Position numbers and translations under genes: made by a program. A DNA stretch of 64,000 nt from Candidatus Latescibacterota bacterium. GTDB taxonomy: Bacteria; Latescibacterota; UBA2968; GCA-2709665. Where the stretch lies: positions 3,680,001 through 3,744,000 of the forward strand of contig OZ252100.1 in assembly GCA_965248435.1 (NCBI GenBank). The letters run 5' to 3'. Numbering within the stretch: position 1 is the stretch's first letter; every line of letters begins with the position of its first letter. Positions 8,931 through 18,700 of this stretch are shown in pieces. The notes under the pieces were generated by a model that had not been told where the DNA came from, ran no database searches, and saw nothing but the letters and a program-made list of their open reading frames with translations.

Positions 8931-10916
8931 TTGGCTGAACCGCAAGCCGTAACTCACTTGAGTCCTGAGCCTGAGGCAGTCCAGGAACAGGGCATCACGG
9001 TCAGATCGGTCACCCTCGGAATCGCGACCGTCGTCGCGGGCAACCTCTGGGTGACTTATGCCGAGACGATCGTGCGTTCCACGCGGCTCAATCTGAGCAC
9101 GTTTCAGTTGACCCTCCTCGCGATTTTCATCCTCCTGGTCGCCGTCGTGAATCCGCTGCTCAAACTCTTCCGGCAGCAATTCGCGCTGTCCTCTTCCGAG
9201 CTATTAGTGATTGTGGCGATCGGGATCGTAGGATCGGTCGTTCCGACGGCGGGGATCACCGGTTTCTTCCTCAGCATCATCTCCGCCCCCTTCTATTTCG
9301 ATTCACCCGAAAACCAGTGGGACGAGTTCTACCACCCCTACTTGAACTCATGGACGGTCACAACTGATCAGGAGGCGATGCGTGCCTTTTACGAAGGCCT
9401 CCCACCTGGTATGGAGGCGCCCTGGGGGGCCTGGGTGATTCCCCTGCTCTGGTGGGCCAGCCTGATCACCGCAGTGTTCGTCGCGTCCGCCTGCGTGATG
9501 GTCATCCTCAGAAAGCAGTGGGCCGAGAACGAAAAGCTGGCCTATCCGTTGGCCGAAGTGCCGCTGGAAATGTCCAGCGATGCCCGATCCTCCCGTCTGT
9601 TCCCCGAATTCATGCGAGGGTGGCTGTTCTGGATCGCTGCAACGGCGGCGTTTTCGCTGTTGTTCTGGAAATCGCTTTCGTGGTTCTCTCCCGCCGTTCC
9701 GGATATCCGGTCGATTCCGAACGGGGGGCTCTTTCGCTTCACTCGCTATTCTCCGTTCGTGATCATAAAGCCGTTCCAGTTCTTCACGATGGGATTTGCC
9801 TACTTCGCGAATCTACAGGTGCTGTTCAGCGTCTGGTTCTTCTTCCTGGTACACGTCGTGGAGGGAGGGATCAAGAACCGACTGGGCTATCGGATCGGAT
9901 GGGGTACGGACTCCTTCGGCGCTGACCCGCCGACCGAAGCGTGGCAGTGCCACGGTGCCCTGGCATTCTTCGTGATCTGGCGCCTGTGGGTCGCGCGACA
10001 TCACTTGAGAGACGTGCTGATGAAGGCCATCCGTCCGGACTACCCTGCGGACGACAGCCAGGAGATGCTGTCTTACAGGACGTGTGTCCTGGGACTCATC
10101 CTGAGTCTGTCCTACGCGATGTTCTGGCTGAACCGCATCGGCATGGACATGACGACCGTGCTAATGTTCATGTTCGCGACGAGCATCATCTACATCGGCA
10201 TGGCGAGGATCGCCTCGGAGGCGGGGGTCCCGTATGCCCAGTCGACTGTCTCGGCTCAGGCATTTGTGATGGATCTGCGAGGGACCGACGTGCTGTCCAG
10301 GGCAACGATGACCGGGATGCTGCTTTCCTACTCACTGATCGATTACATGAGGGGGCTGTTCACTCCAGGCCTTGCCCACGTCGCGAAATGGGGCGACACG
10401 GTCCACGGGAATCGCCGTCAACTGCTCCTGTTCGTGGGCCTGGGCGTGCTGGCCGGTCTCATGACCTCAGTCATTGCCACGATTCACTTCGGCCACATCT
10501 ACGGCGGCTACCATTTCAGATGGTTTGGCGGGAATCCGAAAGGGGTCTTCTCGTCGACCCTTGGACTGATGAAGTCACCAAGACCGCCCGACACGGTCCG
10601 GCTGCTCTTCTACGGGATCGGAGCCTGCCTCATGGCCCTGCTCACGTTTCTGCGCTATCGGTTTTCGTGGTGGCCCTTTCACCCGATCGGACTGGCTTTT
10701 GCCGCGGCAGACAACAACGCGGCGCTGGTCATGCCGGTCTTCTTCACCTGGGTGATCAAGACGATCCTGATGCGCATCGGTGGTGTGAATCTCTACCGGC
10801 GCGCGAAGCCGGTCTTTTTGGGCCTCCTTGTCGGGCACACGGCTGGTGTTGTGTGGTGCTTCATCCTGGATGCGATCTGGTTTCCGGGCCATGGGCATCA
10901 GGTACATGAATGGTGA
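8931..10916 (+). CDS. DUF6785/DUF6784 polytopic membrane protein (putative OPT-like transporter)
   Basis: Many hydrophobic segments; LRKQWxENEKLxYP, RYRFSWWPFHPIG, GGxxLYRRAKPVFLGL motifs. Confidence 0.75.
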   Translation: MAEPQAVTHLSPEPEAVQEQGITVRSVTLGIATVVAGNLWVTYAETIVRSTRLNLSTFQLTLLAIFILLVAVVNPLLKLFRQQFALSSSELLVIVAIGIVGSVVPTAGITGFFLSIISAPFYFDSPENQWDEFYHPYLNSWTVTTDQEAMRAFYEGLPPGMEAPWGAWVIPLLWWASLITAVFVASACVMVILRKQWAENEKLAYPLAEVPLEMSSDARSSRLFPEFMRGWLFWIAATAAFSLLFWKSLSWFSPAVPDIRSIPNGGLFRFTRYSPFVIIKPFQFFTMGFAYFANLQVLFSVWFFFLVHVVEGGIKNRLGYRIGWGTDSFGADPPTEAWQCHGALAFFVIWRLWVARHHLRDVLMKAIRPDYPADDSQEMLSYRTCVLGLILSLSYAMFWLNRIGMDMTTVLMFMFATSIIYIGMARIASEAGVPYAQSTVSAQAFVMDLRGTDVLSRATMTGMLLSYSLIDYMRGLFTPGLAHVAKWGDTVHGNRRQLLLFVGLGVLAGLMTSVIATIHFGHIYGGYHFRWFGGNPKGVFSSTLGLMKSPRPPDTVRLLFYGIGACLMALLTFLRYRFSWWPFHPIGLAFAAADNNAALVMPVFFTWVIKTILMRIGGVNLYRRAKPVFLGLLVGHTAGVVWCFILDAIWFPGHGHQVHEW

Positions 10917-10953
10917 GGTAAATTGCGGATTGCGGAGGTTAGATAAAAACCGT

Positions 10954-12522
10954 ATGGCTCAGCCACCTCGGATGTTTTACAACAACGACGCGAGCTTTTT
11001 GCACTACTCGTCACCTCCGATGACGACCGACGACTTTGTCTACGAGACGGTCGGACGATTTGCCGGTACCCAGGTGGATGCCCTGGTCTGCCATATGTTC
11101 GGGTTCGGCACTGCGACCCCGCTCTACCCGACAGAGGTTCCGGAGGCAGCGGGGATCGACTTTGAACAGGTTGACTATGTCGAAGTATGGCGGCAGCAGG
11201 AGATTTTGAAAGGGTTCTGGACGAAAGGGCAGGACCCCTGGAAGCAGGCTGTTGAAGCGGCCCATTCCGCAGGCATGGAATACTGGTCCGGAATGCGGTT
11301 CAACGACCTTCACGGTCCGATTTTCGCGTGGTCAAACGAATTTTCCCTGAACCATCCTGAATACAAGCTTGGCGAAAAGTGTGGGTCAGGACTGCATCGC
11401 CCCGGCGAGTCGTGCCGCGGTCTCGATTTCACGATACCGGAAGTCCGCGCCCACCGCCTGGCTTTGATAGAGGAGGTTTGCACGCGCTACGATGTGGACG
11501 GTTTTGAATGGGACTTTCTTCGAGAGCCCGGCCACCACGTTCCGGACATCGAATCAGGGCGTTCGGTGCTTACCGATTACGTGCGCGAGGCACGGAAGGT
11601 AATACAGCGTATCGGTGAACAACGAGGCCGGCCGCTCGGTTTCGGCATCCGCGTCCCTGGAACGCCGGAAAAATGTCACGAAATCGGGCTGGAGATGGAA
11701 ACCTGGATCAAGGATGGACTGGTGGATATTGTGTCGCCTGCGCCCTACTGGGATACGGCGACCGACCTCCCGTTCGATGCCTTTGTCGCCATGGCGCAGG
11801 ATACAGACTGCCGCATCTACGCGTGTACATCCGAACAAGTGGGCCCCGGTCCCTACAGGCCGGCACCCCCGGAGACATTACGCGCGGGAGCGCTGAATGC
11901 GTGGCGTCAGGGCGTAGACGGCATCTACATCTTCAACTTCCATCACACCACGATGACCAACATCGATGATTCGGTGCTGCTGTCCCAGCTGGGAGACCTC
12001 GAAACCCTGGCGACTAGAAACAAACAGTATATGGTTGCGGGTGGCCACGCGGCGGTGAAACAGTACCCTCACGGAAGTTTCATGTTTGAAGCCTTCGAAC
12101 ATCAGCTGCCTTCGGTGTTTAAGGAGCGGTCTACAGGACCTGGGCATACGGTACGGTTCACGGTGGGCGACGATCTGAAGATGGCCGCGAACAGAGGCAT
12201 CCTGGATGCCGTGATCCTGGAACTGACCGTCGTGGATTTCACGGCAGAAGACCAGTTTGAATTCAGGCTGAACGGGAAGCGATTGCCCGAAGGACCACAA
12301 CTGGAATTGCATCCTCACCACTATCGCGCGGGGTATGGCCACACTGCATCGAACGGTCACTATGTTCTGCGATACGACCTTCGAATTGGAGACTGGATCC
12401 GGCAGGGCGCGAACGAACTGGACCTCGTGCTTCGGCGGCGGAATCCAAAAGTCAGGATTGAATTCGGAGTACACGATTTGAGATTAGAAATCAACTATCG
12501 AACTCTGCCGATGCGGGGCTGA
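10954..12522 (+). CDS. GHL10/DUF187-like TIM-barrel glycoside-hydrolase-like protein, copy 1
   Basis: Start moved to ATG 10954 by alignment with paralogues; YNND, RFNDLH, YDVDGFEWDFLR, GVDGIYIFNF. Confidence 0.7.
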   Translation: MAQPPRMFYNNDASFLHYSSPPMTTDDFVYETVGRFAGTQVDALVCHMFGFGTATPLYPTEVPEAAGIDFEQVDYVEVWRQQEILKGFWTKGQDPWKQAVEAAHSAGMEYWSGMRFNDLHGPIFAWSNEFSLNHPEYKLGEKCGSGLHRPGESCRGLDFTIPEVRAHRLALIEEVCTRYDVDGFEWDFLREPGHHVPDIESGRSVLTDYVREARKVIQRIGEQRGRPLGFGIRVPGTPEKCHEIGLEMETWIKDGLVDIVSPAPYWDTATDLPFDAFVAMAQDTDCRIYACTSEQVGPGPYRPAPPETLRAGALNAWRQGVDGIYIFNFHHTTMTNIDDSVLLSQLGDLETLATRNKQYMVAGGHAAVKQYPHGSFMFEAFEHQLPSVFKERSTGPGHTVRFTVGDDLKMAANRGILDAVILELTVVDFTAEDQFEFRLNGKRLPEGPQLELHPHHYRAGYGHTASNGHYVLRYDLRIGDWIRQGANELDLVLRRRNPKVRIEFGVHDLRLEINYRTLPMRG

Positions 12523-12588
12523 CTCGATTGTGGATTTCAGAATTCGGATTGCGGAATCAGAAACAAACACCTATTGAAGGGAGAGCGC

Positions 12589-14151
12589 ATGGCTTCGCAA
12601 CCACGCTTCTTCAGCAACAACGATGGGAGTTTTCTGCTTTACTGCTCACCTCCGATGACGGTGGATGACTTCGTCTACGAAGCTGTCGGCCGATACCTTG
12701 GTACCCAGGTGGATGCAATCGTCTGCCACATGTTCGGGTTCGGGTGCGCGACGCCGCTCTTCCCGACGGAGGTCCCGGAGGCGAGCGGCCTGGATTTCGA
12801 TCAGGTCGATCACGTGAGCCAGTGGCGGATGCAGCAGATCCTGAAGGGGCTCTGGGCGGAGGGGCAGGATCCGTGGAAACAGGCGGTGGAGGCCGTTCAC
12901 GCCGCCGGAATACAGTACTGGGCCGGGATGCGGTTCAACGACCTGCACGGGGGGAGCTTTGAGTGGGAAAACGAGTTCTCGGTGAACCACACCGACTACA
13001 AGCTGGGTGACCAGTGCGCCTCGGGAAAGCACCCCCCGGGCGTTCCCTGTAAAGGGCTCAATTTCGCGATTCCAGAGGTTCGTGCCCACCGGTTGGCTCT
13101 GGTGGCGGAGGTCTGCTCCCGCTACGATGTGGATGGGTTCGAGTGGGATTTCACGCGGCACGACGGGCATCACTTCCCCGATATCGAAGCGGGGCGTACT
13201 GTCCTGACCGATTACATGCGTGAGGCGCGGAAAGTTCTGCAGGAGATCGGCGAGAAACGGGGCCGACCCGTGGAGTTCTGTATCCGGGTACCTGGCACAC
13301 CGGAGAGATGTCGAGAAGTCGGGCTGGAGCTGGAGACCTGGGTTCGAGAGGGCCTGATAGACATCATTTCGCCTGCCCCCATCTGGGATACGGCGACCGA
13401 CCTTCCGTTCGAAGCCTTCGTGGCCATCGCCAAGGACTCAGACTGCCGCACCTATGGCTGTATCACGGAGGAGGTTGGCCCCGGTGCCGACCGGCCGTCG
13501 CCTGCAGATGCGCTACGGGCCGGCGCGCTTAATGCGTGGCGTCAGGGGGTAGACGGCGTCTACCTGTTCAACTTCCATCATCCGACGATGTATGCAATCG
13601 ACGATTCAGAAGTCCTGTCTCAGCTCGGAGATCCAGCCACGCTGATGTTCAAGGACAAACAGTACGCGGTGACGGGTGGCCACGCCCAAGCGGTACAGGA
13701 TCCGCGGGAAAGGACGGCGTCGGGTGAGGGACAACTTCCGGTAATTCTGGAGCCCCAGCCCGAGGGACCCGGCCACACCGTTCGCTTCTCGGTGGGCGAT
13801 GACCTGAAGACCGCTGAGAGCAGGGGCATTCTTGATGCCGTGACCCTGCGGCTGAGTGTGTTCGGTTTGACCTCTGAAGATCTGTTCGAGTTCAAGCTGA
13901 ACGAGAGGACCTTGCCGGAGACGCCTCACCTCAAGCTGCATCCGCGACACTACCGGGCCGCACACGGGCACGGCTCCTTCCAGGGCCACTATATGCTGCA
14001 ATACGACTTGCGTACCGGAGACTGGATCCACCAGGGATGGAACGAAGTCGAGATCGTGCTTCGACGCAGAAACCCGATGGTGAGGGCTGAATTTGGCGTC
14101 CACGACCTGAGGCTGGATATCAAGTATCGAATTTTGCCTATGAGAGGCTAG
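12589..14151 (+). CDS. GHL10-like protein, copy 2
   Basis: ATG at 12589 after GGGAG; same motifs; ends LPMRG like copies 1 and 3. Confidence 0.7.
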   Translation: MASQPRFFSNNDGSFLLYCSPPMTVDDFVYEAVGRYLGTQVDAIVCHMFGFGCATPLFPTEVPEASGLDFDQVDHVSQWRMQQILKGLWAEGQDPWKQAVEAVHAAGIQYWAGMRFNDLHGGSFEWENEFSVNHTDYKLGDQCASGKHPPGVPCKGLNFAIPEVRAHRLALVAEVCSRYDVDGFEWDFTRHDGHHFPDIEAGRTVLTDYMREARKVLQEIGEKRGRPVEFCIRVPGTPERCREVGLELETWVREGLIDIISPAPIWDTATDLPFEAFVAIAKDSDCRTYGCITEEVGPGADRPSPADALRAGALNAWRQGVDGVYLFNFHHPTMYAIDDSEVLSQLGDPATLMFKDKQYAVTGGHAQAVQDPRERTASGEGQLPVILEPQPEGPGHTVRFSVGDDLKTAESRGILDAVTLRLSVFGLTSEDLFEFKLNERTLPETPHLKLHPRHYRAAHGHGSFQGHYMLQYDLRTGDWIHQGWNEVEIVLRRRNPMVRAEFGVHDLRLDIKYRILPMRG

Positions 14152-14152
14152 A

Positions 14153-14190
14153 CCTAACCCCCCGACCCCCTTCCCTAAAGGGAAGGGGGA
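14153..14190 (+). repeat. C/G-run hairpin repeat CCTAACCCCCC..CCCCCTTCCCTAAAGGGAAGGGGG
   Basis: Perfect stem right after the stop codon; interrupted copy at 15780. Confidence 0.8.
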
Positions 14191-14228
14191 GCCACGTTGA
14201 CAGCAGCAGTTCGAGACAAGGCGAAAGC

Positions 14229-15779
14229 ATGACTAAGCAACCGCGCTTTTTTTACAATAACGACGGCACCTTTCTGTTCCGTAATTCTCCCCCTCTGTCT
14301 TCCGAAGATTTCGTCTACGAGGCCGTAGGGCGTCTCATAGGCACCCAAGTGGATGCCGTTGTCTGCCATATGTTCGGGTACGGCCCTGCGACCCCGCTCT
14401 ACCCGACGGAGGTTCCAGAGGCCAGAGGGATTGATTGTGAGCAGGTTGACTTTGTCAGCGTATGGCGGCAGCAAGAGATTATGAAAGGGCTGTGGGCGAA
14501 AGGGCAAGATCCCTGGAAGCAGGCTGTGGAGGCTGCCCATTCCGCAGGCATGGAATACTGGGCTGGAATGCGATTCAACGACGTGCACGGAGAGCGTTTC
14601 GGATGGCCAAACGTGTTTTCTACGAACCATCCCGAGTATGAGCTCGGGGAGCGGCGCAGCTCACCCGAAGGTCGTCTAGGTAAAACCTATGAAGGTCTAG
14701 ACTTTGCGATTCCTGAGGTACGTGCTCACCGTGTGGCGCTGGCGGAAGAGGTCTGCGTGCGCTACGACGTGGACGGTTTTGAATGGGACTTTCTTCGAGA
14801 GCCCGGCCACCACTTTTCGGACATCGAAACCGGTCGTTCCATTCTTACCGATTACGTGCGCGAGGCGAGAAACGTGCTACAGCGGGCCGGCGAAAGTCGG
14901 GGCCGGCCGCTGGGATTCGGCATCAGAGTTCCTGGGACCTTGGAAAAGTGCCATCAAATCGGCCTGGAGGTGGAAACCTGGATTCGAGAAGGGTTGGTGG
15001 ATTTTGTCTCGCCCAGCCCCTACTGGGACACGGCCACCGAACTGCCCTTCGAATCCTTCCTGGATATGGCGGAGGGCACAGACTGCCGTGTCTACGCCTG
15101 TACTTCGGAGGGGGTAGGCCCTGGAAACCATTCGCTTCCGCCAGCATCGGCCTTGCGCGCGGGCATTGCCAATGCCTGGCGTCAGGGAGTGGACGGAATC
15201 TACGTTTTCAACTTTCATCACTATGCAAGGGAAAACATCGACGAATCCACCCTGCTGCATCAACTCGGGAGTGCCACGACTTTAGAATTTCAAGACAAGC
15301 TATTCGTGATATCTGGAGGCTATAGAAGGCAGGAAATGCCGGCTTTTGACGGGTTTGAGCATCAACTGCCGCTGTTACTGAAAGAGCAGCCTGCGGGTCC
15401 GGGGAATACCTTGCGTTTTTTGGTGAGCGACGACCTGGAGACCGGTGTTGAACGGGGCATCCTGGATGCGGTCACCCTGGAGTTGATCGTCGTGGGACTG
15501 ACGCCGGAGGACGTATTCGAAACCAAGCTAAACGGAAGGGCTCTGTCAGGGACCTCAAATTTAGAGCTTCTTCCCTACAGGGTATGGCCTGGTCCGAACG
15601 CAAATCAGGGCAACTACACCCGGCGATACGACCTGCGTTCTGGCGGTTGGATTAAGCAGGGATGGAACGAAGTGGAGTTTGCGCTTCGGCACCGAAACCC
15701 GAAACTTCGGACGTGTGATTTCGTCGTCCACGACCTGAGTCTGGAGATTAGGTATCGAACACTGCCGATGAGAGGGTAA
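14229..15779 (+). CDS. GHL10-like protein, copy 3
   Basis: Colinear with copies 1-2. Confidence 0.7.
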   Translation: MTKQPRFFYNNDGTFLFRNSPPLSSEDFVYEAVGRLIGTQVDAVVCHMFGYGPATPLYPTEVPEARGIDCEQVDFVSVWRQQEIMKGLWAKGQDPWKQAVEAAHSAGMEYWAGMRFNDVHGERFGWPNVFSTNHPEYELGERRSSPEGRLGKTYEGLDFAIPEVRAHRVALAEEVCVRYDVDGFEWDFLREPGHHFSDIETGRSILTDYVREARNVLQRAGESRGRPLGFGIRVPGTLEKCHQIGLEVETWIREGLVDFVSPSPYWDTATELPFESFLDMAEGTDCRVYACTSEGVGPGNHSLPPASALRAGIANAWRQGVDGIYVFNFHHYARENIDESTLLHQLGSATTLEFQDKLFVISGGYRRQEMPAFDGFEHQLPLLLKEQPAGPGNTLRFLVSDDLETGVERGILDAVTLELIVVGLTPEDVFETKLNGRALSGTSNLELLPYRVWPGPNANQGNYTRRYDLRSGGWIKQGWNEVEFALRHRNPKLRTCDFVVHDLSLEIRYRTLPMRG

Positions 15780-15881
15780 ACCTAACCCCCCCGGCCCCCT
15801 CCCTCGGCTTACTCACCTCGATACGGCCCCGGTGGGCCTACTCGGTGCAGGCGGGACAGGCTTCCCTAAAGGGAAGGGGGG
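15780..15881. repeat. C/G-run hairpin interrupted by nested 24-bp and 38-bp mini-elements
   Basis: Removing 15800-15861 restores the 14153-type hairpin; removing 15815-15852 from the insert leaves the reverse complement of gcctgtcccgagtaagccgaggga. Confidence 0.75.
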
Positions 15882-15925
15882 AACGAGGTCGACGAACGCG
15901 AACCGAATCATAATATCCGAGGAGG

Positions 15926-18637
15926 GTGCTGGTGGCAGGTGTATGGGTCACGCGAGGATTTGAGGAATTCAGCAAGGGCCAGTGCGGAAATGCCGGCCAA
16001 AATCTGTATGTGTCGAGGGCGGGCATCCTGCAGCGCATCCACCAGTATGACTTCAACAAAGACGGATATGTGGACCTGGTTTTCTGTAACGCACAGGACC
16101 ATCAGGAACGGATCCCGGTCTATGTCTATCAGGATCCAGTAGGAAAATGCATACGGACCGACCTGCCTTCAGACGGGGCAGCGGGTGGCGTCGTTGCGGA
16201 TTTGAACGGCGATGGGTATGACGACCTCGTGCTGGGTATGAACTATGACGGGAGTAGCACGACGGATCTGAATGCGATCATCTACTCCGGTGGTGCCGAA
16301 GGATGGAGCGAGCGCCGGCTACGAAAGATCCCGGCGCCTTTTTGCACCGCTGTAGCCGTCGGTGATTTCAACGGCGACGGTCGGCCCGACCTGGCGTTTC
16401 TCTGCCACGGGAAGGTCCGGATTTTTTATCAGACCGAGCTGGGCTTCGAGTCTGCACGTTTTTCGGACCTGGAGATCGAAGGGACACAGCTCGGAGCAGA
16501 CGACCTGGACGGGGACGGCTTTGCCGAGCTGCTCATTCGTTCCAGGGAAGGGGACGTCAAAATCTATTGGGGCGGCCGGAACGGCATAGATGTGGAGGAG
16601 ATGACAAACGTTCCAGTCGAGGCTTCGCAGGCCGCAGGGCCAGAGGAGCCACTTTCCCCTGCTTTCGAGGAAGACGCCCGGGCCGCAGACGCAAAGCCAC
16701 TGGTGAAGGTCGTCCGACTGGATGGCGTCCCCTTTCTGTTTGTGGCTCGCGAAGAGGTGACATTACTGATACCGGTCGGGAGGGACCGGACCTTTGGAGC
16801 CGCGCTGGTGCTGAAGTGCGCTCAGGCCATGTCGATCGAAATCGGTGACGTGAATGGGGACGGACATTCCGATCTGGTCGTGGCCTGCCGTGAGCCCTGG
16901 GAGGAAGGCGAATGTTCCTGGGTCTACTGGGGGAACGAGGATGGATTCAGCGACGACCGTAGGACGCGCCTGGAGAGCTTGCGCGCGTGCGACGTGGCCG
17001 TCGGGGACCTGGATGGAGATGGCTGTGAGGAGGTGGTCCTCTGTCAGAACCAGACCCGGGAATCCTTCGCGAGCGAGTCACCGATCTACCGTGGATCTGG
17101 AGACCTCACTGTGACGGAAGTGGCTCGCCTGTCCAGCGAGGACGCCAGGCGGGTCTTTATCGCCCACCCGTCCCCCGATGCGACGCCTCATCTTGTTTTC
17201 GTGAACCATTACGGAGGAGGACGAAAGGGCAAGGTGAACGTCGGCATCTTTATGGGTGGAGCGGATGGGTTTTCGCCCGAGTTTCGTCAGGAGGTGCCTG
17301 GAAGGTGCGCCGTAGAGGCAATCTGTTGTGACTTCAACGATGACGGCTGGGTGGACCTTGCATTGGCCAACTGCTCGGAGATGTCACAGGATGAGGACCC
17401 GGGGTCGTCCATCTATCTGAATGGACCCGAGGGGCCCTCGAAAACCCCGAGTTGGTCGCTTGGGACGAAACGCGCCCACGGGGGCTGTTGCGCGGACCTG
17501 GATCGGGATGGGTACCTGGACCTGGTGTTCGGCGGGTTCAACAACTCCGAGATCTCCATCTTTAGGGGTTCTGCCAACGGGTTTGAACATCCCGAGCGCA
17601 TCCGACTGGAGCACGATGGGGTCGTTTATAACCATACACTCTGGCTCTACCTGGCGGATCTGAACAACGATGGCTGGCTCGATCTGGTGGTGCCTGAATA
17701 CGGGTTCGATCGAAGCTTCATCCTCTGGGGCGGCCCGAACGGGTTCAGCATGCGGAACGCACAGTCCCTTTCTGTCCTGAACGGCTCGTGTGTGCAGGCC
17801 GCGGACCTGACCGGCAACGGCACCCTGGACCTGATCATCGGAGGACACAAGGCTCCTCCAACCGGACCGCCGACCTCCTTTCTCCACATCTACTGGAACG
17901 GTCCGGAGGGCCTGCGCGAGGATAACCGGAGCCTGCTTCCGACGCAGGGGAGCCACGGCATGGCCGTGGCCGACTTTAACAACGACGGCCTCCTGGACAT
18001 CTTCGTCAGTTCCTACGACAACGGCAGGGGAAACCGGGACATCGATTCCTATATCTACTGGAACCGGCCCGATCGCGGATTTACCGCCGCAGACCGTACC
18101 CGATTGTTCACGAATTCGGCCGCGGGGTGTCTTGCCGCAGACTTCAACGAGGACGGCTGGATCGACCTGGCCGTCGCGAATCACAAGATCTACGGGCTCC
18201 ACGAGGGAAATTCGGCGGTCTGGTGGAACGGCCCCGATGGGTTCGACGAAAAGCATCAAACCCTCCTGCCCACGATGGGTCCACACGGCATGAGCACCGT
18301 GAATCCCGGGAATGTCGTGGATCGGGGACCGGAAGAGCACTACGTATCTCGCCCGTTCCAAATCCCTACGGGATCCAGGGTGCAGGATATTTCGTGGAAG
18401 GCTGAGATCCCTTCAAAGACCTGGGTGAAGGCACAGATTCGGTGTTCGGAGTGCGAAGAAGGATTGAATGAAGCAGACTGGTTCGGTCCAAACGGCCCGG
18501 AGAGCGGGTTCGAGAATCATCAAAAAATCCATAGTGATTCGTTCGACGGGGAGTGGATTCAGTATCGGCTGGCAATGGGTGCACGCAACAGCGGGAGTAC
18601 TCCGCGTGTCTCTGAGGTTGCCGTTCGGTATTCATAG
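15926..18637 (+). CDS. FG-GAP/VCBS repeat beta-propeller protein, copy 1 (start possibly GTG 15932)
   Basis: More than 10 D(L/F)NxDGxxDL Ca-binding repeats; no signal peptide visible. Confidence 0.85.
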   Translation: MLVAGVWVTRGFEEFSKGQCGNAGQNLYVSRAGILQRIHQYDFNKDGYVDLVFCNAQDHQERIPVYVYQDPVGKCIRTDLPSDGAAGGVVADLNGDGYDDLVLGMNYDGSSTTDLNAIIYSGGAEGWSERRLRKIPAPFCTAVAVGDFNGDGRPDLAFLCHGKVRIFYQTELGFESARFSDLEIEGTQLGADDLDGDGFAELLIRSREGDVKIYWGGRNGIDVEEMTNVPVEASQAAGPEEPLSPAFEEDARAADAKPLVKVVRLDGVPFLFVAREEVTLLIPVGRDRTFGAALVLKCAQAMSIEIGDVNGDGHSDLVVACREPWEEGECSWVYWGNEDGFSDDRRTRLESLRACDVAVGDLDGDGCEEVVLCQNQTRESFASESPIYRGSGDLTVTEVARLSSEDARRVFIAHPSPDATPHLVFVNHYGGGRKGKVNVGIFMGGADGFSPEFRQEVPGRCAVEAICCDFNDDGWVDLALANCSEMSQDEDPGSSIYLNGPEGPSKTPSWSLGTKRAHGGCCADLDRDGYLDLVFGGFNNSEISIFRGSANGFEHPERIRLEHDGVVYNHTLWLYLADLNNDGWLDLVVPEYGFDRSFILWGGPNGFSMRNAQSLSVLNGSCVQAADLTGNGTLDLIIGGHKAPPTGPPTSFLHIYWNGPEGLREDNRSLLPTQGSHGMAVADFNNDGLLDIFVSSYDNGRGNRDIDSYIYWNRPDRGFTAADRTRLFTNSAAGCLAADFNEDGWIDLAVANHKIYGLHEGNSAVWWNGPDGFDEKHQTLLPTMGPHGMSTVNPGNVVDRGPEEHYVSRPFQIPTGSRVQDISWKAEIPSKTWVKAQIRCSECEEGLNEADWFGPNGPESGFENHQKIHSDSFDGEWIQYRLAMGARNSGSTPRVSEVAVRYS

Positions 18638-18641
18638 GCCA

Positions 18642-18670
18642 GTAGAGACGCCCCGGTGGGGCGTCTCTAC
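18642..18670. repeat. GTAG-type REP hairpin between the FG-GAP paralogues
   Basis: gtagagacgcccc-ggt-ggggcgtctctac, perfect stem. Confidence 0.85.
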
Positions 18671-18700
18671 AATAATATTGGCTAATCAAAGGAGGCCGAT

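Noticed and set aside
10828-10953. N-terminal extension or signal peptide for GHL10 copy 1
   Set aside because: It overlaps the upstream membrane-protein gene and a heptamer repeat; paralogues start at the position equivalent to ATG 10954.
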